In this document: in pieces, positions 40,529 to 49,425 of the stretch
Position numbering within the stretch: position 1 is the first letter of the stretch
Layout: each line of letters begins with the position of its first letter
Origin: an uncultured delta proteobacterium
GTDB taxonomy: Bacteria; Myxococcota_A; Polyangia; Polyangiales; JAFGIB01
DNA: 64,000 nt
Assembly: GCA_963778655.1 (NCBI GenBank)
Contig: CAVZVA010000005.1
Span: 96,001-160,000, forward strand
Direction: 5' to 3'
Translations under genes and position numbers: made by a program
Notes under the pieces: generated by a model
The model's database searches: none
What the model was told of the DNA's origin: nothing
What the model saw: only the letters and a program-made list of their open reading frames with translations

Positions 40529-42559
40529 ATGACGCAAGACGCGGCAGTCTGCCAGCATTGCGGCGCGCCCTTACGCGGGGACTCGTACTTCTGCGGTGGG
40601 TGCGGTAAGCCCGTCGCGGCTTCGGAGCAGGGGCAGCCCGCCCGCAAGCACACCATGCTCGGCGTGATCCCGGGGGCGTTCGCGCCCGCGCCGCCTGCGC
40701 CGCCCGCCGCGGCCGAGCCGGCGCCGGCCGAGCCGGCGGCGCCCGCCGCGGACACGGCGAGCGAGGCCCCGCCGCCCGGGCCCGTACAGCCGGGCGAGCG
40801 CACCACCGACGTCGGGCTTTCGGGGCCGCCCAAGGGCGCGGTCGGCCGCACCATGCTCGGTCTGCCGCAACGCGGTCTGGGCGAGCCCGACACCCTGCAC
40901 GGCGCGGCCCCGCCTCCCGCGGAAGGCGGCGCGAAGAAGACGCCCGCCAAGACCATGCTGGGGCTTGCGGGCGCCGCGCCCCCGCCCGGCGCGCCAGCGC
41001 CGGCCGAGACCCCGGCCGCGGGGCCGGCCGCGCGCGGCGCGCACACCATGCTGGGCACGCCCGGTCTGCAGGCGCCGCCGCGCCCCGGTGCCGAGGCCCC
41101 GGCCGCGGGGCCGGCCGCGCGCGGCGCGCACACCATGCTGGGCACGCCCGGTCTGCAGGCGCCGTCCCCGCCGGGAGAACCGCAGCCCGCGCCCGCCGCC
41201 GAGCCGGCGCCGCGCAAGACCGATCCGGCGCGCACCGTGCTCGGCCTGGACGACTCGGCCGAGCCGGCCGAGACCGTGATGAAGACGCAGCGCGCTTCGC
41301 GCGAGGCGCCGGCGCCTCGCGCGTCCGCGCCCTCGCAGTCGGGGGGGCGCGCGTCTGCGTCCTCTGTCGCCGGCATGCGGCGCGGGCCGGCGCCGGCCGC
41401 GGTCGCGCTGGCGACGCTGTCGCTGCTGGCCGCGCTCGGGCTCGGTTACATGGCGCTGCGCGGTCACGGGCCGGACGTGCACGTTCGGGTGGTGACCGAC
41501 AAGGACGGCGAGTCGATGTTATTCGAGGTGCCGGCGGCCGCCGCCGGCGCGAAGCTGCGCTTCGGCGGGCTGGAGAAGCCGCTGCAGGCGGGCCGCGCCA
41601 GCTTCGCGCTCGCGCCCGATTCGCTGCGCGTGGGCAAGAACGCCGTGCTCTACGACGTGGTCGCGCCGGACGGCTCGATCCAGTCGGGCAAGGTCACGCT
41701 TTCGGTCGATTCGCGGGTGACGCTCGACACCGCGCCGTTGCGCGCGGGCAAGGCGGTGGTCGACGTGGTGGTGGCGGCGCTGCCGGGGAGCAAGGTGTGG
41801 CTCGACGGGCAGCCGGTGACGCTCGACGCGCAGGGCCGGGCCGTGCGCAGCGATCCGCTGCAGCTCGCCGCCGGCGCCGGCACCGCCGAGCACGTGGTGA
41901 AGTACCGCGTAGAGCCGCCCTCGGGCGAGCCCGCGGTGGGCGAGCTGCGCGCCACGATTGCGGTGACCATGATGCAGATCGATCGCCCCGGCGCGCAGAC
42001 CGTGACCGATCACGACACGATCGAGATTGCGGGCGCGGCCGACAAAGACGGGCACGTGACCGTGGACGGCCAGCCGGTCGAGCTGAGCGCGGGACGCTTC
42101 CTCGATCACTACGCGCTGCCGCACACCGGCGACTATGCGATCGAGGTGGTGGCGATGGCGCCGGGCAAGGCGCCGCGCAGCGTCACGCTGCAGGTGCAGC
42201 GGGTGGAGAGCCTGGTCAAAGCGGCAGAAGCCTTCGAAGTGGACCGCAGCCTGACCTACGCCAAGATCGCCCAGAACCCCACCATTTACCGCGGCCAGCA
42301 CGTCTCGCTCGAGGGGCGCATCTACAACGCCAGCGTGGAGGGCGGCCATAGCTCGCTGCAGGTGCTGGTGCGGCAGTGCCCGAGCGGCGACCGCTGCCCG
42401 CTCTGGATCAGCTATCCCGGGGCCAGCGAGCTCACCGTCGACGACTGGGTGCGCGTGCTGGGCACCGTGGCAGGCGAGCAGCAATTCCGCGCCGAGAGCG
42501 GCGAGGTCAAGAGCGTTCCCAAGGTGGAGGCGGTATTCCTGCTTCCCGCCAAACCTTGA
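40529..42559 (+). CDS. Membrane protein: zinc ribbon, repeated xTMLG motifs, TM, periplasmic Ig-like and OB-fold-like domains
   Basis: CQHCG..FCGGCG; HTMLG/RTMLG/KTMLG/HTMLG/HTMLG/RTVLG; TM at VALATLSLLAALGLGYMAL; YRGQHVSLEGRI..DDWVRVLGTV. Confidence 0.75.
   Translation: MTQDAAVCQHCGAPLRGDSYFCGGCGKPVAASEQGQPARKHTMLGVIPGAFAPAPPAPPAAAEPAPAEPAAPAADTASEAPPPGPVQPGERTTDVGLSGPPKGAVGRTMLGLPQRGLGEPDTLHGAAPPPAEGGAKKTPAKTMLGLAGAAPPPGAPAPAETPAAGPAARGAHTMLGTPGLQAPPRPGAEAPAAGPAARGAHTMLGTPGLQAPSPPGEPQPAPAAEPAPRKTDPARTVLGLDDSAEPAETVMKTQRASREAPAPRASAPSQSGGRASASSVAGMRRGPAPAAVALATLSLLAALGLGYMALRGHGPDVHVRVVTDKDGESMLFEVPAAAAGAKLRFGGLEKPLQAGRASFALAPDSLRVGKNAVLYDVVAPDGSIQSGKVTLSVDSRVTLDTAPLRAGKAVVDVVVAALPGSKVWLDGQPVTLDAQGRAVRSDPLQLAAGAGTAEHVVKYRVEPPSGEPAVGELRATIAVTMMQIDRPGAQTVTDHDTIEIAGAADKDGHVTVDGQPVELSAGRFLDHYALPHTGDYAIEVVAMAPGKAPRSVTLQVQRVESLVKAAEAFEVDRSLTYAKIAQNPTIYRGQHVSLEGRIYNASVEGGHSSLQVLVRQCPSGDRCPLWISYPGASELTVDDWVRVLGTVAGEQQFRAESGEVKSVPKVEAVFLLPAKP
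41010..41164 (+). repeat. Intragenic tandem duplication (68 bp identical, 87-bp period)
   Basis: 41010-41077 is identical to 41097-41164 and encodes PAAGPAARGAHTMLGTPGLQAP twice. Confidence 0.9.
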
Positions 42560-42579
42560 TCACGGCCGCGTCGGGTTTT

Positions 42580-43803
42580 GTGAACGGGAGCGGCACGCGC
42601 CCCTCCCGCCCTGTCGGCGGAGCCGCCCTCCTCTCGAGAGCAACTCGGCAATCGTGGGCTTCGGGGCTCCATCGAGCTCTGATCGCGGGGACGTTCGTGT
42701 GCTGGGTGGGCGCGGTTCACGCGGAGCCGGTGCCGATCGGGCGCTACGCCGAGGTCCATGTCGGCGTCAGCCAGCGCAACCCGTACGCCACCTCCGGTGG
42801 TGACGCGCGGCGCAGCGGGCGTTCTCGCGCGCGCGCGCCGGCCTCCGCGCCGCGGCGGCGCTGGGGAGTGACGCTGGCGCAGGCGCGCCTGCTGCCGCCT
42901 GCGGTGCTGGCCGACGGTACCCTGATCGTCGGTGGCGCGGGGGGCGTGCAGGCGCTCGATCCGGACAGCGGCGCGGAACGCTGGTTTGCGCACGTGGGCG
43001 CGGTTCGCTTCACCCCGTCGATCACGCCCGACGGCTGGCTGGTGGTGGTCGCCGCCAATCAGCTCGTGCTGCTCAGCCCCGCGGGATCATCGCGGGTGCT
43101 GGCCGCTGATCTGCGCATCACCGGCGTGCCCTTGCTGCTGGACTCGGGCAGCATGGTCGTGCCCGGGCCGGCCGGCCAAGTGCAGCTGCTGGGCGCCGAC
43201 GGCACGCCGTTGTCGACCTTCGCGACCGCTGCGCAACAGCCCGTGCTGCGCTTCACCGCCTGGGTGGGCGGCGATCTGGTGGTGCTGGCCGGGCCCAGCG
43301 CCGAGGTTTCGGTGCTGTCGTTGCGCGACGGCGCCGATCGCACGCTGCGGCTCGCGGAGCGGGTGCAGACCAGCCCGCTGGTGGGCGACGGCCAGACGCT
43401 GTGGCTGGTGGGGGAGCGCGGCACGCTGTGGGAGATGGGGCCGGACGGCGGCTTGCACGCGAGCGTGGAGCTGGGGCAGGGCGGCGCAACCGACGATCCG
43501 GCGCTGGGTTGGGACGGCGCCCTGCGCGTCGGGCTGCGCTACGGCGAGATCGTGTGCATGGAGCCCGGCGGTCATGAGCTTTGGCGCAGGGGCGTGGACG
43601 GACCGCCGGGGCCGATGCTGGTCGACGCCGACGACACGCTGCTGTTCGTCGGCCCCAGGGGCGTGCTCTACGCGATCGATCGCGAGGGCGAGCTGCGCTG
43701 GCGGCAGGCGCTGGGCGTGCGCGGGGCCGGCCGTCCGGTGCTGGGCAGCGACGGCACCATCTACGTGGTCTCGCGCGGCGGACGGATCGAGGCATGGCGC
43801 TGA
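42580..43803 (+). CDS. PQQ-like beta-propeller repeat protein
   Basis: ALDPDSGAERW, SPLVGD, YAIDREGELRW, PVLGSDGTIYV. Start uncertain. Confidence 0.75.
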   Translation: MNGSGTRPSRPVGGAALLSRATRQSWASGLHRALIAGTFVCWVGAVHAEPVPIGRYAEVHVGVSQRNPYATSGGDARRSGRSRARAPASAPRRRWGVTLAQARLLPPAVLADGTLIVGGAGGVQALDPDSGAERWFAHVGAVRFTPSITPDGWLVVVAANQLVLLSPAGSSRVLAADLRITGVPLLLDSGSMVVPGPAGQVQLLGADGTPLSTFATAAQQPVLRFTAWVGGDLVVLAGPSAEVSVLSLRDGADRTLRLAERVQTSPLVGDGQTLWLVGERGTLWEMGPDGGLHASVELGQGGATDDPALGWDGALRVGLRYGEIVCMEPGGHELWRRGVDGPPGPMLVDADDTLLFVGPRGVLYAIDREGELRWRQALGVRGAGRPVLGSDGTIYVVSRGGRIEAWR

Positions 43804-44861
43804 GCAGCCGCCCGGCGAGCCACGGCTTCGACGCCTGCGAGCTCGACTACGACCTGCCCGAAGAGCGCATCGCGCAGGCGCCGCTGCCCGAGCGCGACGG
43901 GGCGCGCCTGCTGTGCCTGCCGCGCGCTGGGGGCGGGCTGCACCACCGCCACGTGCGCGAGCTGCCCGAGCTGCTGCAGCAGGCGCTGCTGGTGCTCAAC
44001 GACACCCGCGTGCTGCCGGCGCGCTTGCTCGGGCGTAAGGCCAGCGGCGGGCGCTTCGAGCTGCTGCTGTGCGAGCGGTTCTCGCCGCCGGGCCGGGTGG
44101 AGCGCTGGCTGGCGCTGGGCAAAGGGTTGCGCGAGGGCCAGGCCGTAACGCTGGCCGGCGGCGTGCTGCAGGCCGTGGTGTGCGCCCGTCACCAGGCCGG
44201 CTTCGAGGTCGAGCTCACGGCCGAGCGCGACGTGGGCGAAGCGCTCGCGCGCGTGGGCACGCTGCCCTTGCCGCCGTACATCCGCCGCGCGCCGGACGCG
44301 CGCGACGCCGAGCGCTACCAGACCGTGTTCGCTGCCCATGCGGGCGCGGTGGCGGCGCCCACCGCGGGCTTGCACCTGAGCCAGCCGCTGCTGCAGCGCT
44401 TGCGCGAGCGCGGCCACGAGCTCGCGTACGTCACGCTGCACGTTGGCCCCGGCACCTTCGCACCGCTGCGCGCGAGCGAGCTGAGCCGGCACCCCATGCA
44501 TGAGGAGCGCTACCTGGTGCCGGAGGCCACCGCCGCGGCCGTGGCGCGGGCGCGCGCGCAGGGTCGGGCCGTGCTGGCGGTGGGCACGACCGTGGTGCGC
44601 ACGCTGGAGGCTGCGGCCGACGCCTCCGGGGTGGTGCAGCCGGGCGCGGGGGCGACCGCGCTGTTCATCTATCCGCCGTACCGCTTCGCGGTGGTGGACG
44701 CGCTGATGACGAACTTTCACCTGCCGCGCTCGACCCTGCTCGCCCTGGTGATGGCCTTTGGCGGGGTGCAGCCGGTGCGCGACGCGTACCGCGCGGCGGT
44801 GGATTCAGGCTACCGTTTCTACAGCTACGGCGACGCCATGCTGATCGGCGGCCAGCGGTGA
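43794..44861 (+). CDS. queA: S-adenosylmethionine:tRNA ribosyltransferase-isomerase
   Basis: DYDLPEERIAQ, NDTRVLPARL, PLPPYI, AAPTAGLH, TNFHLPRSTL, YRFYSYGDAM. Confidence 0.96.
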   Translation: MALSSRPASHGFDACELDYDLPEERIAQAPLPERDGARLLCLPRAGGGLHHRHVRELPELLQQALLVLNDTRVLPARLLGRKASGGRFELLLCERFSPPGRVERWLALGKGLREGQAVTLAGGVLQAVVCARHQAGFEVELTAERDVGEALARVGTLPLPPYIRRAPDARDAERYQTVFAAHAGAVAAPTAGLHLSQPLLQRLRERGHELAYVTLHVGPGTFAPLRASELSRHPMHEERYLVPEATAAAVARARAQGRAVLAVGTTVVRTLEAAADASGVVQPGAGATALFIYPPYRFAVVDALMTNFHLPRSTLLALVMAFGGVQPVRDAYRAAVDSGYRFYSYGDAMLIGGQR

Positions 44862-44862
44862 T

Positions 44863-44944
44863 TTCATGAAACAGGAAGGCGGGAAGACGGGAAGAACCCA
44901 TGTTGGACTCAACCCTTCCCGACTTCCCGTCTTGCTGCGATTCT
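44863..44944. repeat. REP-like family E copy 5
   Basis: TTCATGAAACAGGAAGGCGGGAAGACGGGAAG ... CTTCCCGACTTCCCGTCTTGCTGCGATTCT; between queA and tgt. Confidence 0.8.
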
Positions 44945-44957
44945 GAAAGACGCAGCG

Positions 44958-46109
44958 ATGGGTCCTGCGCAGGCAATCAGCTTCGAGCTTCAAGGCGAGG
45001 ACGGCGCCGCGCGCGCCGCGCGCCTGGTCACGACCAACGCCGTGGTGGAGACACCGGTGTTCATGCCGGTGGGCACTCAGGCTACGGTCAAGTCGCAGGC
45101 GCCCGAGGAGGTGGCGGCGACTGGCGCGCGCCTGATGCTCGCCAACACCTATCACCTGATGTTGCGCCCCGGCGCGGAGCTGATCGCCGAGCTGGGCGGC
45201 GTCCGGCGCTTCATGGGCTGGCCGCACGCGGTGCTCACCGACAGCGGTGGCTACCAGGTGTTCTCGCTCTCCAAGCTGCGCGAGATCGACGACGACGGGG
45301 TGGTGTTTCGCTCGCATCTGGACGGCAGCAAGCACGCGCTCGGCCCCGAGCGCGCGATGCAGGTGCAGGCCCTGCTGGGCTCGGACATCGCGATGGCGCT
45401 AGACGAATGCCCGCCCGGCGGCGCGCCTGCGGCCGAGATCGAGCGCGCGCTGCGCCGCACCACGGCCTGGGCCGTGCGCTGTCTGCGGGCGCCGCGGCCG
45501 GCCGGGCAGGCCTGCTTCGGCATCGTGCAGGGCGGCACCAGCGAGGCGCTGCGGCTCGCGCATCTCAGCGAGATCGCCGGGATGGAGTTCGACGGCATCG
45601 CGCTGGGCGGCTTTTCGGTGGGCGAGCCGATCGGGGAGATGTACCGGCTGCTGTCCGTGCTCGGGCCCAAGCTGCCGCGCGAGCGACCGCGCTACTTGAT
45701 GGGTGTCGGCACGCCGACCGACCTCCTGCGCGCGGTCGGCTGCGGGATCGACATGTTCGACTGCGTGCTGCCCACACGCAACGCGCGTAACGGCCAGGCG
45801 CTGACCTGGGGCGGTCGCGTCAACCTCAAGCAACACCGACACAGAGCGGACCCCGCACCGCTCGACGCGCGTTGTCAGTGTCCGGTGTGCAACCGCTACA
45901 GCCGCGCCTACCTGCGACACCTGATCCAGGCCGGAGAGATGCTCGGACCGCGGCTGCTCACGCAGCACAACCTGTGGTTCTACGGGGAGCTGATGCGCGA
46001 AGCCCGGCGCGCGATCCTCGAGCACCGGTACGCGGCGTTCGCACGCGAAACCGAGGCGCGCATGCAGGCGCTGGACGAAGTCGGCGCGCTCGCTCCCGAA
46101 CGCGTCTGA
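44958..46109 (+). CDS. tgt: Queuine tRNA-ribosyltransferase
   Basis: TPVFMPVGT, NTYHL, TDSGGYQ, GIVQGG, DMFDCVLPTR, CQCPVC zinc site. Confidence 0.97.
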   Translation: MGPAQAISFELQGEDGAARAARLVTTNAVVETPVFMPVGTQATVKSQAPEEVAATGARLMLANTYHLMLRPGAELIAELGGVRRFMGWPHAVLTDSGGYQVFSLSKLREIDDDGVVFRSHLDGSKHALGPERAMQVQALLGSDIAMALDECPPGGAPAAEIERALRRTTAWAVRCLRAPRPAGQACFGIVQGGTSEALRLAHLSEIAGMEFDGIALGGFSVGEPIGEMYRLLSVLGPKLPRERPRYLMGVGTPTDLLRAVGCGIDMFDCVLPTRNARNGQALTWGGRVNLKQHRHRADPAPLDARCQCPVCNRYSRAYLRHLIQAGEMLGPRLLTQHNLWFYGELMREARRAILEHRYAAFARETEARMQALDEVGALAPERV

Positions 46110-46159
46110 ACCGCGGCCCGCATTCACCGCCCGGTCAGCTCGCTCCCCCCGGAGCGCCC

Positions 46160-46367
46160 GGCGCCGTCCTCGCCACAGCTCATTGCACAAGATCGTCGAC
46201 GCTTATCCCGGCCTGCCAAGACCTTGGGCCATGGTGGGTTCCGAAGCCGAGACGTGGGAACGCGCTCGTCTCCGGAATGCCGTCGTGGGTCTGGGTTGGG
46301 TGAAGGGTCTCAGCACGCCTGGGATCAGAGTCTAGATTTGTGCAATGAGCTCTGGTGGGGTGGCACC
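46160..46367. mobile_element. About 200-bp long-hairpin/MITE-like element (family C)
   Basis: Perfect 14-bp inverted repeat AGCTCATTGCACAA (46177-46190) / TTGTGCAATGAGCT (46338-46351), extended imperfectly outward and inward. Confidence 0.65.
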
Positions 46368-46569
46368 TCCAACTACAAAGACACCGTACTGACCTCATAC
46401 TGGCGCGCCCGTTCCCCAGGGTCCTTGGGAATGGCTGGGCATTTCCTTGGCGGTGGAAGAACCCGAACGGTCAGCCCGAAACCCCGGGCTGGCTGAAGCA
46501 GACCTGAGCTTCATCCGCAGGCAAGGCCGCCTTACACCGTACGCAAAGGGCTGGCCGCCGGCCTGCGCG

Positions 46570-47208
46570 CTACCTCTTGGCGGGGCCCTGGCCCGGCGCC
46601 AGCGCGCGCAGCTCGCCGCGCGTCAAATAGTTGAGCAGTGCGTCGTGCATCCGCTGCACCTGGCCGGCGTCGAGGAATGGCACGACCTCGCCGCGCGTGT
46701 AGCTCATCAGGTTTCCCGGCGTGTGGCTGTGCTTGGGGTTGCCCAGGAAGTGACCGAGCTCGTGCGCAAGCACGTCGGGTCCGGCGATCGACGACAGGAT
46801 CACGAAATGCACGCCGGCGTAACTGCGCGAGTGCCAGTGGACGCCGCGCCGCATCTGCGACGGATCGTCGACGTCGCGCAGCGATCGCACCACAAAGCAA
46901 TCGATCACGCCGTGGCGCGCTTCGGCGCCGAGCGCGTCGCGGTCTTCGCGCGTCTCGAGCACCGCGTGCTCCGCGCCAAGAGGCACCCGCCCTGCGGCGG
47001 CGAAGGCGACCCCATAGGGCGCGAAGATGCGGTTGGCCTCCGTCAGCCGGCGTTGGAGGAAGCCCGGCTCCACCACCGCGTGGCCCTGGACCTCGGCGAC
47101 GTGAAATACGATCGGGAGCACGACAGGGCTCGGCGCCGCGGCGCCGGCACTCCCGTTCGGGAGCAAGACGGCGGCGATCAGGGCGAGCGAGCCGCAGCGA
47201 CCGTGCAC
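46570..47208 (-). CDS. Secreted metzincin (matrixin-like) zinc metalloprotease
   Basis: Signal peptide; LAHELGHFLGNPKH and Met-turn NLMSY. Confidence 0.8.
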   Translation of the reverse strand: MHGRCGSLALIAAVLLPNGSAGAAAPSPVVLPIVFHVAEVQGHAVVEPGFLQRRLTEANRIFAPYGVAFAAAGRVPLGAEHAVLETREDRDALGAEARHGVIDCFVVRSLRDVDDPSQMRRGVHWHSRSYAGVHFVILSSIAGPDVLAHELGHFLGNPKHSHTPGNLMSYTRGEVVPFLDAGQVQRMHDALLNYLTRGELRALAPGQGPAKR

Positions 47209-47262
47209 ACCTCGATCCTAGCCAAAATCGCGGCACGCAGCAGCCGCCGCATTCGGCGCCCG

Positions 47263-49425
47263 CTACGGCTGGCGCGCGCGCTCCGTCACCAGGCGCACCA
47301 GGCGCGCGATCCGCGCATCCACCGCGAGCTGCTCGAGCGAGAGGCTCGAGCGACGCGACCAGTTCGGCTGCTCCGGGAGCGTGGCGGCGGGCAGGTTCAG
47401 GCCGTCACGTTCGAGCGTGAGGTCGTCGAGCGCGAGCCCGATCAATCTCGATTCCGCCCCGGCCAGCAAGACGTAGACCGCCTCGGTCAGCGCCTCGATC
47501 GACGGGTCCTCGGGCTGCGCCGGTAGCAGGCCTTCGGCGCGCAGCAGCGAAAGCAGCCCGGCCTTGGCTTGCTCGCGCTGGGCCAGCGCGCGTGCCAGCG
47601 CCTCGTCGCTCTCGATGTTTCCGGCGCGGCGCCGCAGCAGGAGGTCGCGCCCCTGAAAGAAGCCGGCGAGCGTGGGCAGATCGTGGGTGCCCACGGTGGC
47701 GAAGGCGGCGCGCGCGTAGTCTCGCGGATGCCGCAGCACACTCGCGCTCTCGTGCTCGAAGTACAGCACCTGCGAGCGCAGCATGGCGCTTTCGCGCATG
47801 CGTTCGCGCAGGCCATCTGGCACCACGCCGAGGTCCTCGCCCACCACCAGCGCGCCGGCACGCCGGCTCTCGAGCGCGAGCACGCCGGCCAGATCCTCGA
47901 ACGGGAAGCGCACATAGGCGCCCTCGCTCGCAGGCGCGCCCTCCGGCACCCAGAACTGGCGCAGCAGCCCCATCACGTGGTCGATGCGCAACGCGCCTAC
48001 GTGGCGAAAGGCTTGGCGCAGCAGCGCGCTCAGCGCGCGATAGCGATCGGCGTGCAGCGCCAGCGGGTTGAAGGGGATCAGGCCCCAGTTCTGACCGCGG
48101 TCCGAGTACGCGTCGGGCGGCGCCCCGATCTGGACCCCGCGCGCGTAAAGCGACGGTCGCGCCCACACGTCGGCCGAGGCGGGTGCGTCGCCTAGCGCCA
48201 GATCGCCGTACAGCCCGATCGACATGCCGCAGCCACGGGCGGCACGCCGGCAGGCGCGCAGCTGGTGCTCGAGCTCGAACTGCAAGTAGGCGTGGAAGTC
48301 GACCGCGTCGGCGTGCTCGTGCGCGAACGCGGCGACCGCGGGCCGGCGCGGGTCGCGCAACGGCTCGGGCCACGCGCGGTAGTCCGAGCAGCGCGGGTCG
48401 TCGGCCGACAGCGCGTCGCGCAACGCGCAGAAGGTCGCGAAGACGCGCAGCGCCTCGCCTTCGCGGCTGCGATACGCGGCGTAGGCGCGGCCGAGCTCGC
48501 TGCTCTTGCCGCGGTGGTGCAGCGCGAACGCGCGGTAGGCGGCCTCGAGCGCGCGCCGCTTGGCTTCGAGCACTCGCGGGTAGTCGACGTGCGGCGGTGC
48601 GCTCGGCTGGGCGGCGCCCAGAGCCGCGGTCAGCGCGCGTGCTTCTTGCGCGGTCACGCCGGCGCGCTCGAGGACCGCCATGACGTCGAGGTAGAGCGGC
48701 TCCCGGTACAGCCGGCTCATGGGGTAGTACGGGTTGACCTCGCCTGCGCTGCAGAAGGTCGCGTGCAGCGGGTTGATCCCGACCAGCTCCAGGCCCGCGT
48801 CTCCGGCCCATCGCACCAGCGCGTTCAAGTCGCCGAGATCGCCGATGCCCCAGCTGTGGCGGCTGCGCAGGCTATAGACGTGCCCCCAGGCGCCGGGTGC
48901 GCGGCGCTCGCCGATCAGCTCCTCCAAGCGCAGGCAGGTCGAGGGCGCCACGATCAGCGTTTGGTCGAGCTCGCGCGTCTCGCCGTCGCGCTCCAGCCTG
49001 CAGCGCAGCCCGTGATAGCCGAAGCTCAGCTCGGTTGCGCCCGGCATCGGCAGCAGCAGGCTCTCTCCCTCGGCCTCGGCGGTGCCCGACAGCGCGTGGC
49101 TCGCGCCTTCCTCGAGCGTGAGCTCGAGCGTGTAACCGAGCCTGCCCCGCATGCCCTCGGGCAGGCGCAGCGACACTTTGGTCAGCTGCGGGGATCCCGC
49201 GCGGACCACGTGCACCGCGGGCAACGGGCGCAGCGCGGCCTCGGCCTGCAGCGCCTGCCGGGCTGCTTGCGCCAGCTGCTCGCTCGACGCGTCGATGCCG
49301 AGCGCGTGCAGCAGCGCCTCGCAGGTCGCGTCGGGGGCGACACGCTCGGTCCCGTCGTAGCCGAGGTACGCGCGCGCGACGCCGCAGGCCTCGGCCAGCG
49401 CGTGCAGCGCCGGGCGATCCGTCAT
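47263..49425 (-). CDS. malQ: 4-alpha-glucanotransferase (GH77)
   Basis: WGIGDLGDL, GINPLH, GAPPDAYS..GQNWG, LRIDHVMGL, GEDLG, THDLPTL. Confidence 0.94.
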   Translation of the reverse strand: MTDRPALHALAEACGVARAYLGYDGTERVAPDATCEALLHALGIDASSEQLAQAARQALQAEAALRPLPAVHVVRAGSPQLTKVSLRLPEGMRGRLGYTLELTLEEGASHALSGTAEAEGESLLLPMPGATELSFGYHGLRCRLERDGETRELDQTLIVAPSTCLRLEELIGERRAPGAWGHVYSLRSRHSWGIGDLGDLNALVRWAGDAGLELVGINPLHATFCSAGEVNPYYPMSRLYREPLYLDVMAVLERAGVTAQEARALTAALGAAQPSAPPHVDYPRVLEAKRRALEAAYRAFALHHRGKSSELGRAYAAYRSREGEALRVFATFCALRDALSADDPRCSDYRAWPEPLRDPRRPAVAAFAHEHADAVDFHAYLQFELEHQLRACRRAARGCGMSIGLYGDLALGDAPASADVWARPSLYARGVQIGAPPDAYSDRGQNWGLIPFNPLALHADRYRALSALLRQAFRHVGALRIDHVMGLLRQFWVPEGAPASEGAYVRFPFEDLAGVLALESRRAGALVVGEDLGVVPDGLRERMRESAMLRSQVLYFEHESASVLRHPRDYARAAFATVGTHDLPTLAGFFQGRDLLLRRRAGNIESDEALARALAQREQAKAGLLSLLRAEGLLPAQPEDPSIEALTEAVYVLLAGAESRLIGLALDDLTLERDGLNLPAATLPEQPNWSRRSSLSLEQLAVDARIARLVRLVTERARQP

